Shown here in pieces: positions 34,652-47,751 of a DNA stretch of 64,000 bases; position 1 is the first letter of the stretch, and each line of letters starts with the position of its first letter. The translations under genes were made by a program, and so were the position numbers. Source of the stretch: Geosiphon pyriformis uo1 (taxonomy: Eukaryota > Fungi > Glomeromycota); assembly GCA_016748015.1 (NCBI GenBank), contig JAAOMT010000372.1, positions 1 to 64,000 of the forward strand, written 5' to 3'. The notes beneath the pieces are model-generated. The model was not told the DNA's origin and did not search any database. It worked only from the letters and a program-made list of their open reading frames with translations.

Positions 34652-36031
34652 ATGAACAACCACCTTTACAAAAACCTCAGCCAATACTTGGAAACACTAC
34701 AAATAGACAAAGAAATGTCAGTAAAAGAGCTAATTAAGCTCCAAAAATTAGCAAAACACTATTTCATCCAAAATCACATACTTTATTACTGGAATCGACA
34801 AAATCCAGATAATCTATTAAGAGTTATAACCACAGATGAAAAAGAAACTATCTTATTTAACATGCACTCAGATATTCATTCAGGCCACTTTGGAAAAACA
34901 GCAACCATCCAACGTGCAACTAGCCGTTACTATTGGCCAAAAATGAGTTCAGACATAATCCAATACATAAGAAATTGTGACTCATGCCAACAAAGAGGAG
35001 GAGCAAAAACAATGGAATTATTAAGACCAATAAAAGTTGGACAGCCATTTGACAGAATCGGAATTGATTTAGTTGGACCCTTACCAATAACAACAAGAAA
35101 CAACTGTTATATTGCAGTAGTCATGGACTATCTCACCAAATGGCCAGAAGCTAGAACTATTAAAACAGCTGATGCTATTTCCATAGCTCAATTCGTACAT
35201 GAAGACTTAATTTACTAACATGGATGTCCACAAGAATTGCTATCAGATCAAGGCACACACTTCGTAAACAGCACCTTAAAAGAACTTAGCCAAAAATTTG
35301 GAATCAAGCGACCACTGTCATCACCATACCACCTTCAAACAAATAGATTAGTTGAAAGATTTAATCACACATTATGCAAATCACTGGCGAAAATTAGTAA
35401 CGAACATAAAAAAGAATGGGATTTGTTTATACCAGCAGTACTACTAGCATATAGAACAGTAAAACAAGATACTACACAATTCACACCGTTTGAACTAGTT
35501 TATGGAAGAAAAGCCACATTACCAGTTGAACTTACTATCCCAACTTATCCAAGTGACACTATCATGAAAGCAACATTCCAGGAAACACTACTTAGAAGAA
35601 CATACGAATTAATGGGAACTTTAGAAAACAAAAGAAGAAAAGCAGCACAAAATATTGAACAATCACAAGAACAACAAAAAGTGAGACATGATAACCAGTT
35701 ACCAGATAATATAATTAGCTACAAAATTGGAGATAAAGTATTGTTGCATCGTACAAAAATGGAAAAACAGTGGAATGGAAAATTTGATCACAAGTGGGAT
35801 GGACCATTTTATATTCACGAAATACTTGGAAATAGAGCATACAAGCTAAGACTAGATGATAAAATATTAAGAAAAGCAGCACATGGTAACCAGCTGAAAT
35901 TCCATTACAGTAAACCAGTAATAACAACAAAAACACCCAGAATTGGAACACAATTATCTTTAATTCTACCAGAACAAATTCCATGAGATTTAGAACCAAT
36001 AGTTTTAATTGAACATTATTTAAAAAGATAA
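34652..36031 (+). pseudogene. Element B integrase, stand-alone ORF (HHCC, DDE, GPF)
   Basis: Own ATG in a different frame from RT/RH. HSDIHSGH..CDSCQ, GIDLVGPLP, SDQGTHF, VERFN, WDGPF. Stops at 35216 and 35984 look like C>T decay. Confidence 0.92.
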
Positions 36032-36073
36032 TTAATCTTAGATCACAGCAAAAATGATTTAACAATCATAAAA

Positions 36074-36772
36074 ATGCATGCAAAAGATTCCAAAATTAAA
36101 ACAATAATACTTATTCCAGAAAACATCAACCATATAACTCAACAATTAGTTGAAAGCTTACAACAATTAAAATCTAATCTAGAAATCACAGTTAATAGCT
36201 CCAAAATAACATACATAAAAAGAACAATAGAAAATCCAAAAACAAGAAAAGAACATAATTTCGAACCATATAATATTGCCAAATATAACAACAAATTTAT
36301 TAGCAAAGTTATTGAAAAATTAGAGATAGCATTGGGCAATACATTAATAATAGAAGAAATAGAAATAAGTGAATTAACACCAAACACATTTAGCAACTTG
36401 AAAACGAAATTTCCAATTAATTACTGTTATTATCAACTAGGAAAGCACTTAAACATACAAACATTATACTCAAAAGACTCAACTAGAGTGTTTGACAAAA
36501 CAACTATCCAACTATTAGAACCTTTCATTGGAAAAACCAACACTACATTCCATTCAAAAACAGTTTAAAGAATTTTCAAAGCATTTGAAAACTGTCACAA
36601 ATTATTGTTGGACCCAACCATGAACATAATAACAACCAACAGTATTGGATGACTTACCAACTCGCAATTTCAAGAATTACAACAACAAATTAATAACACA
36701 GTATTGAACCACTATAGTAACTTAGAATTTAATGAAGAAATTAATTTCGATTTCAATGGAGCTCAATCTTGA
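36074..36772 (+). pseudogene. Element B 3' accessory ORF (unknown function, ~230 aa, ends ...DFNGAQS* at the PPT)
   Basis: ORF 36074-36568 continues past a TAA to ..FDFNGAQS TGA, overlapping the PPT. Homologous segments occur in C, D and F. Confidence 0.75.
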
Positions 36773-36785
36773 AAGGAGGGAATAA

Positions 36786-37614
36786 TGTTACGGTTTAAGA
36801 ATTTAGCAAAAAGAATCATAAAAATAATACAAACTATTCAATCATAATATAGCACAGTAATAATCTTAGAAAGGTAATGATTAACATAGTAGCAAACACC
36901 ATCTTGTGATAGTGGCAAGCACCAGTTCACAATAGCAGCCAACACCAACTGGTGATAGCAGCAAACACCAGGTTGAAATATCAAAAAGAAAGTATTTTCT
37001 CATAGAACTACAAACATGTATATATACAGTAGTTTTAATATTGGGAAAAAAAGAATCAAGTAATAAAAATCATAACTTATCAAATCATACTTTCAAATTA
37101 AATATCCCAAGAAACCTTTAAAATCAAAAAGAAATGAAAAAGAATATTTAAAACAAAACTATCACAACCCAAAATATTAAGAAACTTACTTGTATTATTT
37201 ATTGAATGAAACTATCATTCATCAACTGAATCCCTTGGAAAAATAATTCTTGATCAAGATTATTCATGTTGTTACTAATTGATAAAAGCTTTATTGTGAG
37301 AATTAGAAAAGCGCTAAAGACCATTAACATTCTGTGTTTCTAGATTAGAGAAACACATTAGACAATTGCAAGAATAGCCTCAGAGAAGACCCCAGACAGT
37401 AGGTAGATTTCAGTTCAGCCTCTGAGAAGGAGTACATAAACACATACAACAATCAAGAATTAAAGAATAACTTACATCACAACAGTAAAAAAGAAAGCCT
37501 TCAGTGTAACAGTGACATTATCACACAAATAGAATTGAGGAACTCACGAAAGACTAATTGCAATTAAAGCAGGATATCAGCAATTAAATATAACAAGAAA
37601 ACCATCCTGTAATA
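36786..37614 (+). repeat. 3' LTR of element B (829 bp)
   Basis: Direct repeat of the 5' LTR; end decayed to GTAATA. Confidence 0.95.
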
Positions 37615-39040
37615 CTGGCTACTATCCTAAAAAAAATTCATAAAAGAAAACCATTAATTAAATCTCTGTTTATTATACAAAAAACTCAACAAAAACTTTT
37701 AGACTTCAAAACCTTCAGAAAATACTATTATTTACAACTATTAAATACTAAGTTACAGATTTGTTATTTGTTTCAACACCTTAAATAATCACCTATAACA
37801 TTTGGTGCTCTTTGTAAGATATAATCTAACAAAAAACTAGCATTAACACCAATATTTGAAACAGTAGTAAAATTAAAAGTAATAGAGACAAATCATTTAG
37901 AATTCATAAAAACTTTATTTTAACATTATCAAACTTATCTTGGATTGACAAATAACTATTGATCAGCAGAATCAGCTTTCAATTTTTATATTAACAAAAA
38001 AATTACATTTTACTTGAAAAACCAAGAAAATTCAGAAGCCATCTTTAAGAATTTTTATAGCAAATTACTTTAAAATACCATATTTTTACAAAATTATTTG
38101 TTTACTTCACTAATCACAGAGATAAATTGGGAAATTAAAAATTATACTCAGCAGAAATTTCCTATTATCTTTGCAAAAAAAGATAAAAAAAAATTACAAA
38201 CTTCAACAAAAATACTAAAAAAAATACAACTGCTTACTTAGAAGAAATCAAAAGTTGTTTTATTTATTCATCTGTTATATCATTATATACCAGAAAGTAC
38301 TATTTACATATCATTCAAATTTGTATTATTATTAATTGTAAAAATACCATTATCCAGAGTACTGTTTCAAAATAATTAAGAAAAAACCAAACTATTAAAA
38401 ATCTACAGCAATTTTTTTAAAGAATTTAAATTGTGACCAACAACTTTATTAGAACTTTAATTATTACTACTTTAACCAAATTTCAGATTTACCAGTAACT
38501 GAACAGATACCAAATTAGAAAAAAAAAACAGCAATCAGAAAAATAATAATCAAAACTTGATTCCAAATAATTCAAAAATCATAACTTCAATTGTTTAAAC
38601 TCAACAAAACCCAAACAATCCAAACTTAGCTTCTATACTTCTACAAACTTACTGCTAGTTATTTCAATTAATTAACTGCCAGTTATTTCAATTAATTAAC
38701 TGTTAGTAGCACCAATTATCACTTAGAAATAACTATAACAATAACAATTATTACTTGTACTAATAGCATATATATTAATTGTTAAACTTGAAAAATTTAT
38801 TGGCAAAGAAGACAATGTTTAAGTATGATTAAACAATATAGCAAAAGCCATTACAGCCAATAGATAAGATGATGTCAGAGCATTTCAAGCCATCTTATAC
38901 TTTTTTTAAGATACTGTTAACTCATGATATTAAAGTCTAATTAACAAGCCATAAATTTTTAATGTATTTAAAACTGCATTTCTACAATATTTTAGCAATT
39001 ACCACAATATTAATTGGTTATTAACTAGCTTTATTACCAT

Positions 39041-40018
39041 TGTTACCAGACAAAATTAGAGATATTATTTAGCATGAAATTATCTTTATTCCTATCATTA
39101 ATTAGCATATATTATTGTTTTAAATTATCACTTATTATATTAGCAAAATGTCCGAAATTATCATTTAATTAATAACCCAATTTGTACATAACACAAATGT
39201 AACCTAAGTGCAATAATCAATCATGCAATACCCTGAAATATGTAACATTCAAAAGTTCGCCGAAATTTGTAGAAATTCACCGAAATAATTGATAGTTCAC
39301 CAAAATATCTAATAGTTTGCAGAAATAACTTGTAATTTGCCGAAATGTATCTTTAGTTCAGCGAAATTGTAGGAAAGAGCAAAATTCAAGTTTATAAAAT
39401 AGTGTTATGACAAGTTGTATAAAAGAAAAGCTTCTTTTTTCAAGAAAATGTATCTTACTTTAGATTTATCACTTAGAACCATTCCAACACACACAAAAAG
39501 AAATAAAATATCAAATAATTTGAAAAACCAATTTCTTTAAATATTGCACTTGGAAAATCTCCAAAAACCCAACTAATGTTTTGAAATTGATTAGCTACCA
39601 ATTTCAGTAAACTGTTAGTGACTCCAGGTCTGGATCGAAAACGTTTCTCTTGACAGAATTCTATTTCTTTTACATTTCTTTTATTTTTCTTTTCTTTTCT
39701 TATTACAATTATTAGGGTAGTTTACAGACAAGATTCCTGTAGAAGAGTTGACTTTTACAGCAAAGTAACTATACATTTTTAGTGAGCTTCCAAATGAGCA
39801 ATTCCTGGGAAAGAGTTGATGTTTACTACAACATAACTACATAAAGCAACTGGCAAAGAATTGGTCATTCCACTTATAAACCCAGCAGTTCAAATTATAG
39901 AAGATAATTTGAAGATAAATTCAGTTATTAGAGATTCAACTACTTTTAGAAAACGTGAATTTGCAACCAACAGACATTTACAACATTCAAGAAAAGAGAC
40001 CAAAAACCTCTGGTAACA
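39041..40018 (+). repeat. 5' LTR of element C
   Basis: TGTTACC...GGTAACA; reverse-complement homolog of the element A LTRs. Confidence 0.95.
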
Positions 40019-40063
40019 TTTGGTGCTCTCCCATGGAAATAATACAGCAACAACAAATTCAAA

Positions 40064-43000
40064 GTGGTGACCACACCAGACACAGCAACTCTAGAGTATT
40101 ACCAGTTAATTTACACCCACTGCAAGCAAAGATTCAACATTCCAGACGGAATTGAAGTTGTCAAGAAATCAGTATACCAATACATTGAAAACCACATTAA
40201 CAATTATTTTTTTAGAAATTACAATATCTTAAAAGTTAGAAGCAACCTTTACAATAATTTAGTACACTATTTACAGTTGGGAACTGAAGACCTTAACAGT
40301 GAAACACTTGCCACTTACTTTCAAGAACTTAATTTTAATATTATCAAGTACTGTGAAGAAACATATCAGGTGCAGTCCCAATACTCTATTAATTTTGAAT
40401 CAGAGATAGAAACAAACAACAAAGGCAAACAAAAATTGAAGCAATACTCAAAAACCACCCCAAATACTCCAATACTACCAAAAACAACTGCCAAACACTT
40501 ACAAACACCTGAACAAAGAACCAGTTCAAAACTTCCACTTACTATCACATCTTTTCCAGCTTCACTTGCACAAATACAAATACCTAATTTACTCTTAAAT
40601 TGATTTGCAAGACCAAAAAATTTTACATTACCCAGAAGTCCCACCAAACAGCAAAAACCCCTTCAAACTAGTTCCAATCTCCTTGACTTTCTAGCTGAAA
40701 ATCAAAGTAAACACTCTGAGACAGCAGTGAATGAAGAAAATGACTCTGAAATATCTGAAAAAGAATCAATAGACAGTAAAAACGAAGAAAACAAAATAAT
40801 AGCATATATCACAAAAATCTCTGAATTTAATGGAAAAAACATTGAGACCAGTCCCCAAGAATGGCTCGACCAAGTTATTAAAGCTGGAGATGCAAATAGA
40901 TAGAATGCTGCCAAAATATTAAGAACAATTCTTTACTTTCTCAAAGGAACAGCAGGTGAATGGTTCAAAAACTTGACCACCCTTTTTTATGACTGGACAG
41001 CTTTCAAAACTGCCTTCTTTGAACAATTTACTGATAACAACATCTCAATCACACTTCGAAATCAGTTTTGCAATATCAAACAAGAACTCTCCAAATCTGT
41101 CATGACTTATATTGGGAAATTCAACAAACTTCTCAGATGAATTCGCCAACTTGAAACTAATAATTATTATTTCGATGCTCAAATCTTGGATCAATTTATT
41201 GCTGGTTGAAAGGATAAACTGATTAAAAAGATTCACTCACATGCTCTAAAAGATATAAACTCTGCCATTTAGCATGCAAAGAGATATAAAATGGCCATAA
41301 AAGAAGCCAATCATACAAAACTTGTAAACTTAGCCATTAGAAAAACCAGCTTAGCAGCTGAGAAAAAAATTGACCAACTCACAAAAAAAGTTGAAAACTA
41401 TTTTACCAACCAACAACAACAGCAACCCCAAAGATATCAACCACTCCAAAGACAAAATCAAAACAACTTTGCATCATCCTTTAATAACCAGCTTCAGAAT
41501 TGCCATTACTGTAGAATTCCTGGCCACTGGAAAAGAGATTGCAGAATGCTACAATGAGACCAACAAAACAGGAGTAATCAACATTACCTTTCGTCACAAC
41601 AATCTTATTACTAACCACCATTACCACCAGCTTACTATCCACCAAGACCACAATACCAAACCAACTACTATTAACCTGCTCCACAGCCAATGCAACAACA
41701 GTATTGACAACTCATTCAACATTACCAAGTACCTGCTCAAAGATTGGTTCAACAAAACCAATTTGCACCACAAAACTGATTTACAACAAACAACAACAGA
41801 ATCAACCCAAATAACCAATTAGTTCTCCAAAATCCAGTTCAGCCAAAACCCACCCATTATCATACTCAATCTAGCTATCTTACAATACCTAAAAAACAGG
41901 ATTTTCACTATACTGCACTCTCGGAAGGTAAAGCTATAGCATGACAACAAAACCCTTCTTATACTTCTACCACAATCCCACCAGCCAGAATTGCTGAAAA
42001 TGCCAACCTTTCAGATATATTTCCTTTTGAGTTCGAAGCAAATGAGTCACCATTCCTGCTTAGCAATGCAGCTGCCAACAAACAAAAAGCAATCACTGCT
42101 ATGTACACTGAAGCAGAAGTTGAAGGAAAGACAATTCACTTGATCCTAAACAGTGAATCCGCCAGAAGCATCATCACCTACCAGTTGATGCAACAGTTAA
42201 AGAGAAATGTTGACTGACCAGCTCAGACAGTAATCGTCACTGCCGATGGCATAAAAAAGACTCTAGTAGGAAAAATTGACAATTTTCCGTTCACTCTTGA
42301 TGGAATTACCATTCCAGTCAAAGTTCTTATAATGGATGTGCCCCAGTATCAAGCTCTTGTCAGAAATGATTGGCTCCAAAAAGCCAATGCAAAATTAGAC
42401 TGGGAAACCCAAAAATTACAACTCTCCTATCAAGAACAACATGCCTGAGTATCTGCTACTTGTGGTACATTTAACAAATGATCAGAAAAAGCCCCTGTCT
42501 TCAAATTTGAAGAGAAGGAAAAAAAGCCTGTAGTCAAAACATTTATGGCATTTAAATCAACATCTAACTGGGCTGAAAAAACTGAGCAAATGTATTTTGC
42601 AACAAACTCATATCCAAAGAAACCAGAAACCCCTAATTGGAACATCCCATATTCTAAACCAGAACCAAAGAAATGACACCCTTACATTCCACTCAAATGC
42701 AAGGACTGTCACAAGAAACTCTCCTCAATGGAAGCCTGCATCTTGCCAGAGGAAGAATATGGAAGTCATACTTGTTACTTTTACAATGCCTGCCATCGAG
42801 AATAATGGGGCCATTTAATTAAAAGAAGTGAAAAATGGGATGAAACACCCTGTCTTACTTGTGGAAAGCAGCTTCCTGATAAATGTAATTGAATTGACAT
42901 TGCCTTTAGAGGAGAAGTCTGTGATCAAACTTGCCAATATGCTCTTTCTATTGCAGAAAAGATAAAATATGGAACATCTTTCAATACTGCTTACAACAGC

Positions 43001-45510
43001 ACTCTCAACAAACTTTATTACTACCCTCATAATGCCCAAATGATCTACAAACTTGCCATGATCTTAATTAATAGAGGAACCAAAAAAGATGTTATTCAAA
43101 TGAAGGAAGCTGAATATATCAAATATATCTTGGAATTAGCTGGATTCGATTATGAAGATGAAGTAGAAGTGTACCATCAAATTGCAAGTCACACCTATCC
43201 GACTAAAGAAGCTCAAGCTCAATGACTAGAACAAATGAACATTAAATTATGTGAGGAATGCATAATGCTTTGTGATGAACAATAATGTTCTAAATGTTAT
43301 GCTTTTAGCATTCCCTTGCCTAGCAAAAGTAATTAATATGAAATTGAATTCGGAAAACCTGAAGCAACAGAAAAAATTGAAACAACACCCATCTATCTCA
43401 TTGAAAATCAGTCTGCTTCACAACTCAAATATTTCAACAACAATGGACAAGGAATAAAACCGGAAAAAGCCCACGAAATCAATGCTGGATATGATCTAAG
43501 ATATTCAGGAAAAGATACTTTTACTCTTAAACCCAAATTGCTCACAAAAATCAACCTCAAAATTGCCCTCAAAATTGCTCTCAAAATTCCACCAAGAACA
43601 ATGGTCCAAATTGCTTCACAATCATCATTGGCAAGCAAAGGAATTAATGTTAGAGGAGGAATCATAGATGCTGGATATATAGGAGACATTACAATCATGT
43701 TACAAAATGAAACCAATAAGCCTTTTCAGATTGAACATGCTGAAAAAATTGCTCAAGCTATTTATTTACTCTTAATCAACATTTCAGACTTACAGTTAGT
43801 CAATCAAAGAGAACAATTGGGAAAAAGTGAAAGAGAAACACAAGGTTTTGGTTCAACTGGATGATTTACAGTTTCAATAAACATGGCTCTCAATAAACAG
43901 AATGAGTCTCACCAGATTTTATGCCTTCTCCAACCAATCACTATTTCATCTTTCGGAGAACACCCCGAAATTTATACCTGTCCAAAGCCAACAACTACCC
44001 AACAAATTTTTGAGTCTAATGAACAAATCTGCTTAAAACATAATATCTCAATTCCAAATATTTACATTCCAGAAGGAACAAAGAAAGTCCGAGTTACTTT
44101 TTACAACCCCAATAATTACCCCATAGTTTTATTAAATAACTTATAAATTGAAGTTATTTACAGTAATATCTTTCAACAAGAATTACCCCAAACAGTCCCC
44201 GATTTCTCTGAAATTATTGGACATTCACTACCAAAAATCAATCCAAACCCCAGCTCTGAAAACTACCATGTTGTCATAGAAAAACTATCTCGAATCAACA
44301 TGGGACAACTTGAATCACAACAACAGAGCCAGCTCAAAGAGCTAATTGCAAAATTTGCCAATATCTTTGCCAAAAACAACAATGACTTAGGAAGAACCGA
44401 TTTGGTTTAACACCAAATCTATACAGGAGATGCCAAACCAAGGTAACAGCAAACCTACCAGGTTGCTCCAGAAAGTCACCAATTTATCTGCAAAGAAGTA
44501 CAACGGATGCTCAACAATGGACTTATTCAACCATCAATGAGTCCATGGACCCCAAAGATCATCCCAAAACAGTCTTCACAATTCAAGAAAGAAATTACGA
44601 ATTCAATGTAATGCCTTTCAGATTATGCAATGTACCAGCAACATTTCAGAGATTAATGGATATTGTGTACAAAGGACTCCTTTGGAAGTTAGTAGTTGTT
44701 TATTTTAATGATACTGATGTTTATTCTCCATTGTTCGAATTACACTTAAAACACCTGTGAGAAGTTTTTCAATGATTACAAAAAGCAGGACTGAAACTCA
44801 ATATCAAAAAATGCTACTTTGGAAAAACAAGTTTGGCCTTCCTTAGTCATATCATTAGTAAAGATAGAATCAAACTGGACTCTGGAAAAATCAGCACTGT
44901 TAAAAACTTCAAAACTCCTCAAAACACTACAGAACTAAGAGGATTCATAGGGTTAGTCTCCTATTATTGGAAGTTTATCAAAGGATTCTCAGAAATTGCA
45001 AAACCTCTCAACCAGCTTACCACCAAAAACATTGAATACAAATGGACTGCTAAACACTAAAACACATTTGAAATTCTCAAAGAAAAACTAACAACAGCTT
45101 CAATTCTCATCTATCCAGATTTTAGCAACTGATTCTAGTTAGCAACAGATGCCTCTTATACTGTCTTTGGTGCTATTCTATCACAGTTAGATGACAATAA
45201 AAATGAGCAAGTAATTGCTTATGCTAGCAGAACATTGAAACCAGCCAAAAAGAACTACCCTGCAACAGAATTAGAAACTGCAGCAGTAATCTGGGCCCTA
45301 CATCACTTCAATCTTTACCTTACACCCAAAGAATTCGATATTATTACTGATAATATTAGACTCAAATAGCTTTAGAACAAAAACACTTAGCTAAACGCAA
45401 AACAAACCTGACGGACAGAATTTTTAGCCAACTACCAATACATTGTACACCACAAACCAGGAAAACTCCATACTAATGTTGATTGTCTTTCAAGAATGAG
45501 GCAAAATTAG
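40064..45510 (+). pseudogene. Element C gag-pol (GUG start; capsid, CCHC, protease, Cys-rich, dUTPase, RT with internal deletion, RNase H)
   Basis: Fragments 40064, 41291, 43040, 43538 and 43883 share one frame. CHYCRIPGHWKRDC; GGIIDAGYIG, QGFGSTG; VYFNDT; DCLSRMRQN then TAG 45508-10. Confidence 0.92.
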
Positions 45511-45556
45511 AATACAAAACCAACACCCATTTAAATTAACAACAAAACAACAAACA

Positions 45557-46942
45557 ATGAATCCCGAAAACTACAACAATTTTAAACAATATTTGGAGAC
45601 ATTAACAATCCCAACAAATTGGTCCTCAGATGAAAAACATTAGTTACAACAACAAGCCAAACAATACCTCTTACACAACAACATGATTTATTATTGAAAC
45701 TTCAGAAACCCAGACAATCTGCTCAGATTAATACAAAAACATGAAAAAGAAACCATTTTATATAACATGCACTTAAACCCTTCATCAGCACACCTAAGAA
45801 AAAACAGCACCACCCAGAAAACACTAGAATATTACTTTTGGCCTTAAATGAGAAAAAACATTCATAAATATGTTAAGTCTTGTAATAGTTGTCAAAGAAG
45901 AAAAGAAACTCGTCCTACAGAACCTTTAAACCCAATCAAAGTTGGACAGCCTTTTGACCAAGTTGGTATTGATTTAGTCGGACCACTACCTATCACAAAC
46001 CAAGGAAACTATTATATTGCAGTAGCTGTAAACTATCTTACCAAATGGTCCAAAGCCAGAGCCATTTAATGAGCAGATGCGAAATCAGTAGCAAATTTTA
46101 TCTATAAAGACATTATTTGTAGACATGGATGTCCAATAGAACTTTTATTTGATCAAAGAACACATTTTGTGAACAATTTAATCCAGAAAATTTGTGAACA
46201 ATTTAATGTCAAGAGACCATTATCTTTGCCCTATCATCCACAAACAAATGGACTTGTAGAACGTTTCAACAGAACATTGTGTGAATTATTAGCTAAAGTT
46301 TCAACCAATTTTGAGCAAGAATGGAATCTCTTTATTCTATCAGTATTACTAACATATAGAACACTAAAACAAGATACCACAAAACACACACCATTTGATT
46401 TAACCTACAGAAGGACAGCAATGTTACCAATTAATTTCACAATAGAAACATACCCAGTACAACCAATTAATAAAGACAACTTTCAGGAAACACTACAATG
46501 AAGAGCCTACACTCTGCTTAGCATGTTGGAAGGAAAACAACGAATAGCAGCCACCCATATTAAACACTCCCAAGCTCAACAAAAAAAACAGCATGACAAC
46601 AAATTGCCTCCAGTTACCAATAAATTTAAAATCGGAAACAAAGTCCTCTTACACAGAACTAAAGCTGAAAAACAATGGAGTGGAAAATTTGAAAATAAAT
46701 GGGATAGACCATTCTTTATCGATGAAGTCCTAGGCAACAGATCATACAAGCTAAGACTTAATGACAAAATCCTAGCAAAAGTTGCACATAGAGATCATTT
46801 GAAACAGTATAATTCCAAAAACAATCCTGAACCATTAATTCCACAAATTGGTACACATTCCCTTTTAATCAATCCCGAAGATATTTCCCGAAATTTAGAA
46901 CTAATAGTTGTCATTGAACAACCTTCCAACTTGAACACTTAA
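45557..46942 (+). pseudogene. Element C integrase, stand-alone ORF
   Basis: ATG 45557 after a 46-nt A/C spacer; CNSCQ, GIDLVGPLP, PYHPQTNGLVERFN, KWDRPF. Confidence 0.9.
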
Positions 46943-46999
46943 TTTAAATTTATTATTATAGTTATTCTCTTATAATTTAGAAACAATCTCACAAAAACA

Positions 47000-47740
47000 A
47001 AACAAAAATAACATAAAACCCATACACCAAAAATAATTTTCTTTTATTTTCAAATCTCTTATAATAACTATTCCTCAAAACATTCAACAATTATCCCAAA
47101 AACTAATGTCAGCTTTAAAAACAATACCCAAATTATCTATTACTGTTACTGGAAACCACATTAATTATACCCAAACAGAAATAATTACAAATTTAGCCCC
47201 AAATTCACGAAAATATCATCTGTATAAGAAGAACACAAGAAGTTATTCTGGAATTCACTTGCCAGAACTTTTAAAGCTTGCTTTAAGAGAAAACTTAATG
47301 CTCACTTTGATTAATATTCCACCAAATGCTACAATTCAACAAAGACTTTAACTGTGTCTCAATGAGAAAAACACTGAATACCCTCCAATCTATAGATATT
47401 TCCACATTGGAAAAACACTCTATAAACGAAAACTGGAACTTACAACAGCAAACCTCACAAAAAAAGCTATTTAGAAACAACTCCACAACAAATTCAAGAC
47501 AACAGCTGGACCAACAAACAGTCACTACAAGCTCAGAACTGCTCTTAGACTTTATGACTTATTCTATACCTGTAAAAACGTCCTACAAAACCCAATTTTA
47601 CAACCTTTAAAGATTCAATATATTGGAAAGCTCACAGAACTGAAATTTCAACAATTTTCAGACCAAATTTCTTCAATAATTTTGGATTATTATCTGGAAA
47701 TTACAGACAGTACTTGGACTTCAATGGAGTTCAGTCTTGA
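47000..47740 (+). pseudogene. Element C 3' accessory ORF, degenerate
   Basis: IPQNIQQLSQKLMSALKTIPKLSITVTGNHINY aligns with B ORF3. Ends at the same gga g(c/t)t cag tct tga/PPT junction. Start approximate. Confidence 0.65.
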
Positions 47741-47751
47741 GAAAGAGGTTA

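Larger units (their letters stand above)
28185..37614 (+). mobile_element. LTR element B: full-length Ty3/gypsy with dUTPase, separate integrase ORF and 3' ORF; TSD CTGG
   Basis: LTRs 28185-28838 (with N gap) and 36786-37614; CTGG at 28181-84 and 37615-18; PPT gaaaggagggaataa 36771-85. Confidence 0.95.

Noticed and set aside
36074-36772. 3' ORF as an env gene
   Set aside because: No signal peptide, furin site or transmembrane segment is visible.
39037-39040. Idea that all TSDs are decayed CCGG/CCGT (Ginger1-like site specificity)
   Set aside because: CCAT and ACAT fit the ancestral codons of element E (Thr-Ile; Ala-His), so they were not CpG sites at insertion.
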